64,000 nucleotides of DNA from Salpingoeca rosetta (lineage: Eukaryota > Protista > Choanoflagellata): positions 1,835,479 to 1,899,478 of the forward strand of contig JAWQFM010000001.1 of the NCBI GenBank assembly GCA_033442325.1, read 5' to 3'. Under the pieces are notes generated by a model that made no database searches, was not told the origin of the DNA, and worked only from the letters and a program-made list of their open reading frames with translations. The position numbers and the translations under genes are program-made. This document shows, piece by piece, positions 14,527 through 26,500 of the stretch. Position 1 is the stretch's first letter, and every line of letters begins with the position of its first letter.

Positions 14527-17500
14527 TCACGGGCTAATGGTGACAGCAGGGTCACGCGTGTAACTGAGCGAGCCATCCAGCGACATCACCGCGGTGCAGC
14601 CCGAGACAAGCGCCTCGCATCGCGCTTGAATGACAACCTGCGATCGCCCGGTGCCAATGGCTGCAATGCCTTCCTGCGCCACGACGGCCGTGATTGCCAG
14701 CTCAACGGTCGCATCGTCGTGGTAGCCCTTGCGCGGCCCAATCTGAGTCCGCGATCCCGCCGTGATGGCCACCTTGAACGTGCGCGACATCTGCGCCACG
14801 CCAAAGCTCACAACGCGCTCATCCGCAAGGAAGTAGGCGGGGCTGGTTGCCGTACCGTTGCGCACGGCCACAGTCACCTCCGTTGGGCTGGCGTACACGT
14901 AGGAGGTGTTGCTCATGTTGCGTACAAGCTCAATCGCAATCTCCACGCTGTCCTCCGACACGTAGTACGTGCGCGCGCTGAAGCTGAACACCCCGGCGCT
15001 GGCCAAATACAGCAGCCGGGTGTCGCTTGGCTCGCTCTGCACGCCGTCCGCAATGACGGTGATGTTGGCTGGGCCAAGGTAGGGCGCCGCATCGCACTCA
15101 AGCGCCGTGTCGTTGAGCACCACTACGTTGCCACAGGGCCGCCCAGCCACAAACGCCTCGACATCGGGACCCTCGCCGCTCACGGTGCTCGGGCCGAACC
15201 ACCGGCCAAAGATGGTCACCCGCTCAGCCTCCTCGCTAAAGGTGGCGTTGGGCGAAACGCCGCTGACAACCGGAGTGCCCAACACGCGGACTCGTTCGCT
15301 CGACATGCCACTTGCGCCATCCACCACCACCGTCACTTGGGGTTCGCTGCCAGCGATGCCTGTCACATTCGGCATCGTGCACACCACCACGCTGGCAGTT
15401 GCATTTGCGACGATGCCGTCACTGCTGGCGTTGTTGCTGGTGTTGTTGGTATCGGCGTTGTGCAAGGCAACGACTCGCGGGTGCAGGCACTCATCTTTCC
15501 CAACGTACACTGCCAGTGGCGGTGCAAGCCAGTTGGCCGTCTCCTGCGCCGCGTCGCCGTATGCGGGCAAGCCGGCATCCAGGGATGGCGGGAAGGGGTC
15601 CACGGGAAGCAGTGCCGCATCAGACAGCGGCAAGAAGGTTGGCAGGCCAAAGTTGTGGCCCTCAATGGTCAGGCTCGTGCCGCCTTGCTCGGTGACAGCG
15701 AGGGGGCGAACTCGCGTGATGACCGGCGCCGGCAGGTACTCGAAGCCGGACGCCAGAACACCGCTCACGCTGCCGTTGTCCGCGATGACGCGCACGTCCA
15801 CCAGGACAGGCACAGTGCTGTTCAGAACAGCAGCATCCGCAACCGGGACGGTGGCTTGTAGTGCAGTGTCGTTGAGCACCAGGACGTCGTGCGCGTACGC
15901 GGCCCACATGCCGGCCGCGAAGTTGCGCGCCTCGAAGCGCACGCTGATGGGCAGCTGCGCCGACGGGTGGTACGGCGACAGGCGTCGGAGGTCGAGCTGC
16001 GCAAAGTCCTGGCCGCGAATAATCACGCGCGCACCGCCCTGCAACGCTCCCTGTCTTGGCGCGACTTCCGCCACCTGGGGTGCCCGGTAGTTGCGGAAGG
16101 CCGCTGCCTGCAGCGAGGCAGCCACGACCTTGTTCCCGGGCATGGCGTTGTCGCGGATGAACTGCTGGGTGATGTTGAGCTGCGATGTGGCCTCGGCTGT
16201 GGCCAGGTGCTCTGTGCGGCGAAGTGCGACCAGCGCTTGCTCCCCAACGGCGACAGTGAGCACGCGTGAGAGGTTGAAGGTGCTCAGCACGGCGCCGTCA
16301 AGGGTCACGGCCGTTCCCACTGCGTCTATCTCGCCGCCCGCGTTCTCGGCCGCTCTCGACCACAGAGTGCCGGCGCCGACGGAGAGCGAGGACGCGTTCA
16401 CGGGTTCATCAAACGTCAGTGTGAGCACGGTGGTCACCATGTCCAGCTCAAGGCCGACGAGGTTCGGCGGTGTGACGTCCGAAGCAAAGGCGCTCGCGCG
16501 CAGCGTCCTTGTGGCAGACAGGGCATTGCTTTCCATGTCGGCCGCAAGCATCGGCAGCACGCGCATCCATGTCGTGGACAGCGAGTCGGCAAACATGGCA
16601 CTTGCCTGCAACATGGTTGTCTCAAGCGCGCTCAGCTGCACGGTGACGACGTCGTCATCCCCCGTCGGCAGCTCATCTCCCCCGAAGCTCAGGCGCGGCA
16701 GCACCAGCGTATCTGGTGGTGACTGCAGCCCAAGACGTGCCGACTTCACGGCAACGTCCTCGAGATCCAAGCCAAGCTGCAGCGACGCAGCGCTGCCGCT
16801 GTTGTCGCCAGCGGCAAGCACAATCGCCGACCGGTTGATGCTGCTCACGTTCACAACCTCATCAAAGGTGATGGTCAGGAGAGCCGCGTCCATGTCCAGC
16901 GTGAATTCAAGGACCTGTGGGCCTTGTTCATCGGCAACCACGAGCTGGACGGGGAACTGCTCAAAGTCCCGCACAGCATTGCTTGGGTTCTGCCGCATGT
17001 CCTGCGCTACACCCTGCTCCAGTGACACGTACGAGGGGCGTTGTGTTGCGGCCAGCTCTGGCACGCGCTGCAGCGTCACGATGTCTTCATATGTCAGGTG
17101 GAATGCGATGGCCGTGCCGGCCGTGTGTGCGGCTGCCGCTGCTGCCACTGATAGGGAGTCGCTCCCGAAAGCAGCAGCGGAGGTCAGGAACGCGGACGTG
17201 TCCACCGTGACCACGGTAGCGTTGCTCAGTGCCAGGGAGACGTGGAATGGATGCACGGTTGGCAGCCCGTTGAAGAGTCGCACCCTGGTGCTGTCCACCG
17301 CGGACAGGCGCACGGCCTCTGAGAATGTCAGCACAAGCGTGCGCGTCTCCATGTCGAGGCTGGATCGAAGCAGACTCGGCGTGGTTCCGTCCGGCCTGTA
17401 CTTGGCAACAGCCAAGGGCCCTTGCACGCCGGCATCGTTTTCCGCCATGTCCGCAACGAAGCCCGGGTACATGGCGACGTTACAGTTTTCACTGGAGGTG

Positions 17501-20500
17501 CACAGGTCATCCAGCGCCTTGATGCGGTTGAGATCGTGTGCGCCAAGGCGAATCACCACAATGTAGTCACTCGGCAGAGCAGGGTGGGCGGTGAAAGACG
17601 TGTTCGTCACCAACCGACCGGCCGTTGTAACGCTCAGTACGGCCTCCGCCAGGTACGAAGCGTCAACAACACCAGCGGTGCTGTTTGCTGCTGCTGCTGC
17701 GGCGACGCTGCTGCTCGTCAGATTGACTGCGGCGCCATTGTTACCGGCGACGCCCAGACGAACCATGTCCAGGTCGCGCTTGCGCACGACTTCATCAAAG
17801 GTGAGCAGCAGCACGCCCCCGTCCACGTCCAGCTCCGCCTGCAACAGGACTGGTGCATGTGCGTCGGCCACAAAGGCGGCTGGCTGAATGTTGTCCGTGT
17901 GGGCAACGGGCACAATGCCGAGGTTGCCCGTATCGCGCGCCACGCCTGCGGTCATGGCGATGGTCGTGGTAAGAGCAGAGGTTGCCACGTCATCCAGCGC
18001 CTGCAGCTGCACGGCATCGGCAAAGCTGATGCTGATGTTCACCTCGGGCGTGAGCAGTGGCCTGCCTTGCAGCAGAGTTTCGCTGCTGCTCAGCGCAACG
18101 CTGGCAGTTGTGCTGTTGCCTGTGTGCTGCCCAGCCAGTGACACGAGCTCTGGCTTCACCGTCTCAATCTGCACAGCCTCATCAAACGTCAAGGCCAGCA
18201 GCAGCTGGTCCATGTCCAGCGCGTACGACAGGAGGCGGGCTGGCGTCGTGTCAGGCGTGTACGTGTGCACAGAGAGCGAGGAGAAGATGTCCACGTTGTT
18301 ACGGATGGGGACGGCAGAGTTTGGTTCCGCGGCAAGGTCGGCAAAGGCCAGCTCGGAGTGCACCAGCCACGTGTCGGCCTGTGACGTCGCAACCCACGCG
18401 TTTTCCTTGAGGGCGTTTGCGTCTGCACGAGACAGATGCAGCACAAGGACGTCAGAGTCGTTCCGGGGTGCAATGTCCAGCAGCGCGCTGCCCTGAGTCA
18501 GGTTGTACCAGTTGCTGCCGCGGAAGAAGTCTTGCAAGCGGACCTGGTCCGCACGCAGGCTGGAGGCGTCCACCGTCTCAGAGAAGTACATGGTGAGCGT
18601 GAGCGCGTTCATGTCCAGGTCGAAGCGCTCCATCTTTGGAGACGTGACGTCAGGGAGCACGTCCAAGGCACGGAATGCGGCCGGACGATCAAGGCCCACG
18701 GATGGGTTGCCCCGCATGTCGCGCGCAGCCTCGGCGTCAAGGCTGACAAAGCAGCGCGACGCGCCTCGGCAAATCTGCTTCCGCTTCAGCTCATTCATCA
18801 CCTCGTGGGGGAGGGTGAGGGTGAGCATGGGCGAGTTTGTGTCCTTGTCCCAGGTTGAGCCCGCCAGAGTGGTGAGCGCGGGAGCTGCCGTGTTGCTTGA
18901 CTCCGGCGGTGTCGGTACAAACAGATGCACGCGGGACACGTTGAGCGTGTTGGCGCGGACCGTCTCGTCAAAGTAGAGGCGCACCCGCGCAGCGTCCATG
19001 TCAACATCGAACCACTCGAGCTGGGGCAGCACCGTGTCCTCGGTGAAGTTGTCGGCAAGGCGCGCCGCAGAGCGGGTGATTGGCTCACACAGGTTTGCGG
19101 CGGTGTCGCTGACAAAGGCGTCGTTCATCACGAGGCGCGTGGTGTTGAGGGAGACGGCCGTGCCCTCGAGAACACGGAGCTGGTTGGCGACCTCCCGCCC
19201 GAGCGCCAGTGTGAAGGCCGGCCGGTACACGCCAAAGCCAGCCTGGTCCGTGGCGCTGAGGTCGAGAACGCGGGTGAAGGCGGCAGCGGATCCGTTCAGG
19301 CTCGCGGGGCCAGTCAGCCCCAGGGAGACGCAGGGCGCCTGCCCAAAGTTGACGCGCACGGGTTGGATGCATGCCTCGCCGGGTTGCACAGAGGTGAGGT
19401 TCACCGTCTCGTCAAACCACAGCGTGAGACGCAGCGCGGACATGTCCAGCTCAAACCGCAGCAGCTGTGGGCTGACTGTGTCTGGGACAAACGACGCCAC
19501 CCTCAACGGACCACCGGCATCCTGGCTTGGCACGACGGCGTTGCCGTTCATGTCTTGGACGAACGCACTGGTCCAGGACAAGAAGCTGTTGTCCTGTTGT
19601 GTCAGGAGCAGCGGCTGGGCCTTGATCGTGTTGAGGTCGTCCCATGACAGAGCAATCTCCAGAGTGTCGCTGTCTTCGTAGCTGAGCAGCGATTCGCTCG
19701 TGAGCAACGGAAGCTCGACAACCGCACCAGCGGCGCTGCTGCTGTTACCGTCGTTGTGCAAGCGAAGGGCGCTGCCGGCAAGCGTGGACGCGTTAACCAC
19801 CTCATAAAACCGAACCGTGATCACGCCGCTGGACATGTTGGCTGCGGCCTCTAGCAAGATGGGGCGATGCATGTCCGCTGTGAACTGGGACACCTGCAAG
19901 GCGAGCATAGGCGCTTCAATCGCATGCACAGGGTTGCCCGTCACATCGCTGAACGCACTCGAGGACAACGACACGAAAGTCGTCTCGCGCGAAACGCAGA
20001 AGCTCGGGTCTTGCACGATGGCGTTGAAATCCGACTGCGTGAGGTACAAGACAAAGACAAGCCCATCAGATGACCGTTGGGCCAGCGTGTCCGAGCTCAG
20101 CTGCAGGACTGCCGTGGTCGTGCCCGTGGAGGCAGAGGCAGAGGCAGACGCGTTGGCGCTGCTGAGGAGTGCGACGTGCTGCGGGCTAGCTGCGCGGGCC
20201 ATCACCTCGTCAAATGTGAGGTACAGCACTCGCTGCGTAAGGTCCAGATCAAAGGAGAGGAGGCGAGGCGGTGTGGAATCGAGGGTGATGTTGGATGCCA
20301 CGTGTCCAAAGATGGGCAACAGCTCGTTGCTCTGCGTGTCGGTGATGGGCTGACTGGTGGCGTTGGACAGACCGGCGGCGGAGAACGGCACCATGCTTGG
20401 GGAGACGTAAAACATGAGGGTGGAGTTGGTGGAGCGGGCCAGCGCTTCGCGCAGCTGCACCGCCCGAATGTCTGCGGTTCCAAGCGCGATGCTCATCTCC

Positions 20501-23500
20501 GAGCCATCCGTGGTGGTCTCGACCCTCGTGGCTGCATCTGCTTGGCCCAGCGTGTACTCCTGCCACGTGCGGCCAGACACGGCGGCAACGCCCTTGTGGA
20601 AACTGACGGCCCGCAGCGTGCAGCCGCGCACGCAGGCGTCGAGCAGTGGGGAAGGATATGCTGAAGCACAGTTTGCCCAGCACACCTGCACGGGCTCTGC
20701 CACGCTTGTGCAGCCATCCCTACACGCCGCGCTGTCTCCTCCGCTGAGGGAGCAGGCGAGCGTACAGTTTGTGTTGAGCTGCGGCTGGGCAGTGCTGCCG
20801 AAGTAGAACAGGTCATCCCAGACGGAGAAGAGGGCGTTGGTGGCGTTGCTCAGGGAACCAGCGGCAGGGAACCCAAGTTCAAACAGGTGTGGCGGGAAGG
20901 GAAGATCCTCAACAAGCGGCACCTCCGGGTTTTCGCCGTACAGGTGCGCGTACGTGGACGGGTGGATCCACTGCCACGCAGCCGCTGCCCACGCCGCCTC
21001 GGAGGCCGCCACCGCATCAGGGACAGGCCCGGCGTAGAGCGTGATGAGCGACGGGTCAAGGGAAGGCAGCAACATGGCCTCGGAGAACTTGAGGTACAAG
21101 CGGCCAGCGCCAAGGTCGAGCGTGTAGTGCTCGAGGTAGGGCGGCACGCGGTCGGCGACCACGCGGGCCGCCTGCAGCGCGTTCAGGCCGTTGACGCGGG
21201 GCTGTGGCGAGTTGCCATTCATGTCTTGCACAAGCGCAACCCCGTGCACCAACCACGCTGTGGCTCGGCCTGTGACGATGCGGCGAACTTGCAGTGCCTC
21301 GTGGTCCTGCTCCGAGAGAACAATGGTGATGTTTTGAACTGCAGCGCCGAGCGCGTCACTTGTCACCACCACGTTCGACCCTGCAGTGAGCGTGTACGCC
21401 TCAATGCTGCTGCTGCTGCTGCTGTTGTTGTTGCTGGAGGCGGTGACACTTGCGTCAGCCACGCGCTGCAGCGTGAGCTGGGTTGGGTCGAAGGATGTCT
21501 CATTCACAACCTCCTTGAAATGCACCTGCAGCGTGCCGTTGCCGTTGTGGAATGTCCAGAACCGAACCTGCGGCAAGGTTGCGTCTTCTAAGAAGACTGC
21601 CGCCTGCATTGCTGGCTCCACCGCCGCGCTTGGGTTGGGCGCTGCAGAGCGGTCCAGGATGAAGCCTGCCTCCATGAGAATGTACGACGTGGCTCGTGAT
21701 GTGTACAAGCCCGTGTGTGCCTTGATTGCGTTGGCATCAAACAAGGAGAGGCGCACGACGACCTGCTTGCCGATGGTGGGATCGATCCGGGAGGTCGTCG
21801 TCAGGCGCACAGACTGTACCTGCGAGTGCGGCGCCAGCGATGACGTGCCGTTGCCGTTGACAAGCACAAGTGAGGTTACGTTGGCCGTTGTCGCGTTCAC
21901 GGGCTCATCAAAGTTGAAGGTGAGCGCCAACTGGTCCATGTCCACCATAAACGCGCGAAGCACGGGCGGTGCCGTTTCCGATTGCGCCGTAGTCACGGCG
22001 ACTGTCTGCACGCCGTTGGTGTTACCAAACACATCGCGAATCGCCCCCGTGGAGGATGTTGGCGACGACCCAAGCGTGATGTTGACGTGGTCCAAACCAA
22101 ACTCGAACAGGCCGGCCTCCTCGATGGCGTCTGCGTCCTGGTCCAGGAGCGCAAACGACACCACCTGCTGCGCGCGACCCCGTGGCCACCAGGGCTGGGT
22201 CGGGGACGTGGGGGCCGCACTTGCCCACAACTCTTGCTCGCTCGTCTCTAGCAGCTGGCCGCCGGTCAACGTGTACGTGCAGGACGCTGAGCAGGGTCCA
22301 GGGCTGCTCAGGGTCAGCTGTGTGAAGGTGAGCGTCGTGGCGTCGACGGGTTCGTCAAACCCCAGACGCACAACACGGTGCCCCAGCGGCACGCGCTGGC
22401 CCTCGTGCGGGGGAAGCGCGAGTGCAGACGTGCGCACGACAATGTCAAAGCTCAGCAACTCTGGGGGGCTCGTGTCCAGGATCAGGTCTGTCACTTGCAG
22501 CGCTGCCGCAGAGTCCACAGCACGCACGGCATTACCGGCCATGTCCACTGCCAAAAGGGAGGGGGCAAACAGCTGCGTGTCTGCGGCCTGCGATCCGAAG
22601 CGCGGGTGCCATGCCTTGAGCGCGTTGACGGCAGACGTACTGAGCACAATGCGCTGTGTGTTGCCGTTTCCTGTCGTGACGTTGACGGCGGCGCTCGGCG
22701 CGGCACTCAGCACCAGCGTGAGGTTGCTGCTGCCGTCCGTGAGACGCAGCGCAGACGTGTTGAGGGACAGCGCTGCACAGGGCTCGCTGAAGAACAGCGC
22801 CAGCTCGGCGCTCTGCCAGTCAAAGTCAAAGCGCAGCAGCGTTGGTGCAATGGTGTCGGGCACAAATGGGGCTGAAGCGGCCACAACCTCGGTGGCCACC
22901 GAATTGCCGGCCATGTCGCGGACTGCGCCAGAGAGCAGCAGCAGATGCGCGGTTGCAGCGTCGACGGCAAGTGTCTGTGCCAGCTTGATGGCATCCAAGT
23001 CCTCCTTGACAATCTCCACAAGCAGTTCCAAGCCGTTGTCCTGCACAAGCACGACGGAGGCCTTGAGCTGGTGGGCTGTGGCGTTCCCTGGAGACGGAGA
23101 CAGCGCTGCCTGCTGCAGGGACGCCATGTCTGTGGGGTGGTCAGACTGCCGCACGAGCCACAGCAGGGTGGTGTTGGCCGTGGAGATGCGCACGGGCTCG
23201 TCGAAGCGAAGGGTCAGCAAGGCCGTTGTTTCCGTGAAGCTCATGTTGAGCGCTGCAGGCTGCGGTGCCGGGGCAACGACATCAAACGCGTACCGTGTCA
23301 CCTGCATGGCGAACGCGTTGCTGACTGGCTGTGCGGGGTTGGCCGACGTATCGCGGACAAGCTGTGCGGCATGGGAGAGGAATGTCGTATTGGTCGCCGT
23401 TGCCAAGTCCTGGGCAAGCTTGATGGCGTGCATGTCAGGTGTGGAGAGCTGCACGGAGACGTGGCGAAGCAGGTCACCCGTCAGCACCGCAGCGGAGGCG

Positions 23501-26500
23501 GCGTTCGTCCCGCTCACTGCGGTGGTGAGCCGGAAGGCAATGTCGCTGCCGTGCTGCGGTGTGGCCGCTTGTGCCTCATTCTGCGAACCTTGCAGGACAA
23601 TAGCGTTGAGGTCCAAGGTGTCAGCAAGCACGGGCTCGTCAAACTGCAGCTCCAGCTCGCCGCTGGTCATGTTCAAGTCAAAGGAGACCAGGGATGGCCC
23701 AACAACGTCCTCGGAGAAGAGCGCGTAAATGCCCGATGCCTGCACGGCGTTTCCGCTGCGATCCATGACTGCGCCATCTGCCAGCACGAGCTGGGCGCGG
23801 CCCGCACGCAGCGCGGCAACACACCACGGCGCTTTCAGGCGAGCGGCCGTGTCCGCGTCCACGGCTACCTCAACCAGCGTATCCATGAAGCTGGCAGTGG
23901 CTGGGGACGCGGCCTCAATCACATCCACGACGCGGCTGGCGTTGGTGGCGTCCACAATTGCCATATGCGACAAGCGCAGGCTGGTGACATTCATGGGCTC
24001 ATCAAACCACACTTGCAGCACATTGCTGGTCAAGTTGACGTGCGCGAGCAGGACCCGTGGCGCAACAGCGTCCCCGCGGAAGCCCTGCAGTGGCACAGCG
24101 ACGGTTGTGGCTGCCGGATCAGACGCGTTGAGGGCCAGCACATTTCCGGCAAAGTCTTGGATGGCTTCCTTGGTCAGCACGAGCTTGGAGGCGGACATGC
24201 CATCCAGGAGCTCTTGGTTGTGCTTCAGGCGGAGCATATCATCACGGGCGAGGACAATGCGGAACTGACGGAACAGCGTGTCCAGCATAACAACGTTGCA
24301 GGATGCCTGTGTACCATTGGTGGGAAACAGAACGTGGTCATACATGTACTGCAGCAGATGCTGTGGGTCCTGCAGCGAGGCAATGATGGCAGCATCGGCC
24401 CGGCTGCTCAACCCCAATGTGCCGTTCACCACAAACACGCTGTCCTCAAGATTCGTGTCCGTGCACGCAGTAGTGTTGCTTGCCAGCAGGGCGAGCGTGT
24501 CGGCCTGCAGCACGGTGGCAGAGAGTGGCGAGAGGGGGAGTTGCTCGCCAGTGCCAGCGCCCACCAGCGTGAATGCATGGCGTTGCAGCGACGCAATATT
24601 GACAGCCTCGTCAAATGTCACCTCCAGCGTTCCCGTGGACAGGTCGAGGTCAAAGGACAGGACCGTGGGCGACACGGTGTCTGCAGTGAAAGCGGATGGT
24701 TGGCCAAACGCCGCCGTGCCGGCGGCAGTGTTCTGCAGCACATTACGGTTCATGTCGGCAATGAACGCGCTGGAGATGGCGAGCGTTGTGTTTGTCTGCG
24801 TATCAGCGGCGCCAAGAATGGCGAGAACGTCACGCACGTCATCGGAAAGGACAAACGCCTGCAGCGTGCCGCTTGGCGTGAGTCGAACAGCGGGGTGAAG
24901 GTGGACGACCAGCGTCTCGCCAAAGTCCACCAGTCCAGCAAACGACGCGCGACCGGGCGCCTGCGCGGGCTGGCTGGAGATCATGCGCGTGGCCCAGGCC
25001 TCCAGCACCGGCGCCAGCTCAGATGGGCTCACGCCAAGCTTGTAGGCTGTGCGAGTAATGGCCCAGGCAATGGGAGCGGCGAAGCCGGCCTCAACGGACA
25101 TCAGGGAGGATGCATTGACCGTCTCGTCAAATGTGAATGCCACGGTCGTTGTGGACATGTCTACGCTGTAGCTGACCAGGACAGGGCCAACCACGTCTGG
25201 CACAAACGTGTCTGCCGCAAACGCGTCGCTTGCAGAAACCGCTTGCACCTGGTTACCAAACATGTCCTCGAGGAGCCCTGGTGCCACCACAATCAGACTG
25301 GTGCCTTGCGCCGTGGCAATGCTGGTGATGTTCTTGAGCTCGTTTGCATCGTCGACGGTGAGTTGGACCGTCACCACGTGCCCGTTGCGTTGCTGTGTGC
25401 CGTGGAAGAAGAAGGCGGTAGCGGCGGTGGCATCTGCTGCGGTGCTGTCCAACGTGAACACGCGCTCTGCAGCGCTGCTGCCGACCAGGGCCAGCTGAGA
25501 CAGGTTCATGGAGGTGCTTCGCATCGGCTCGGAGAACGTGAGCGTGAGCATGGTTTGTGTCATGTTGAGGTTAAAGCCAACGAGGGCGGGCGGCACGGCG
25601 TCCACGGTCAGGTTGGAGACCTGCAGTGTGCCGGCCTGCACAAGCGCGTTGCCCGCGGTGTCCGCAATGAACCCTGGCGTGATGCGCAACCAGGTGCTGT
25701 CGCTGTCACGTGCCACGGCATCGCTGAGCTGGATCGCGTTCAGCACAGACTCAGAGAATTGCAGCGTGAGCGACGTTGCGAGGAGCGCGCTGTCCCACGT
25801 GACATTTGGCGAACCCAACGCAACGACCTGTGCCATGGCTCCGCCGTCAGACGTCGTGTTGGCTGAAAGCAGGGCAACGCGGCTCGGGTCAAGCGTCTGC
25901 GCTGCGACCGTCTCCGAGAAATCGAGCGTGATCGTTTGCGCCACAAGGTCCACGTGGAATGACAGCACGCGCGGTGGCGTCTGGTCTGGCACGTACGTGG
26001 AGGCGGTGATCGGCACCGCCTCTCCAACGCCAACGACGGCGTTGCCAGCCATGTCATCCAGCAGTGCAGAGGTGAGCGCCATGGCGGTGAGGTTGAGGGA
26101 TGAGGCCAGCGGGAAGGCCGCCTTGATGCGGTTGACATCGTCTTCGAGCAGGTGCACGGCAACGCGAAGCGCGTCGTGCTGAATGGACCGTGCCCCGGAA
26201 AGCTGAACGCGCTTCGTCGTTGCGTTGCTGCTGCCCGCCAGTGCCGGCAGCACAAACGAAACCTGACTGGCATCCACCGTCGTCACATTCGCCAGCTCGT
26301 CCACGTACAAGTACACGCGCTCGGCGTCCATGTCCAGCGCAAAGCCAACCAGTTGCGGTGGCGTGCTGTCTGCGGCAAAGGACTGCGCCTGAAGCCCCGA
26401 AGCTGCTTCCAGGGGCAGCACGGCATTGCCAAACATGTCCAACACCAGCGATGACGTGTGTGAGACAAAGGTGGATGCGGGATCGATTGCGAGGTTGACG

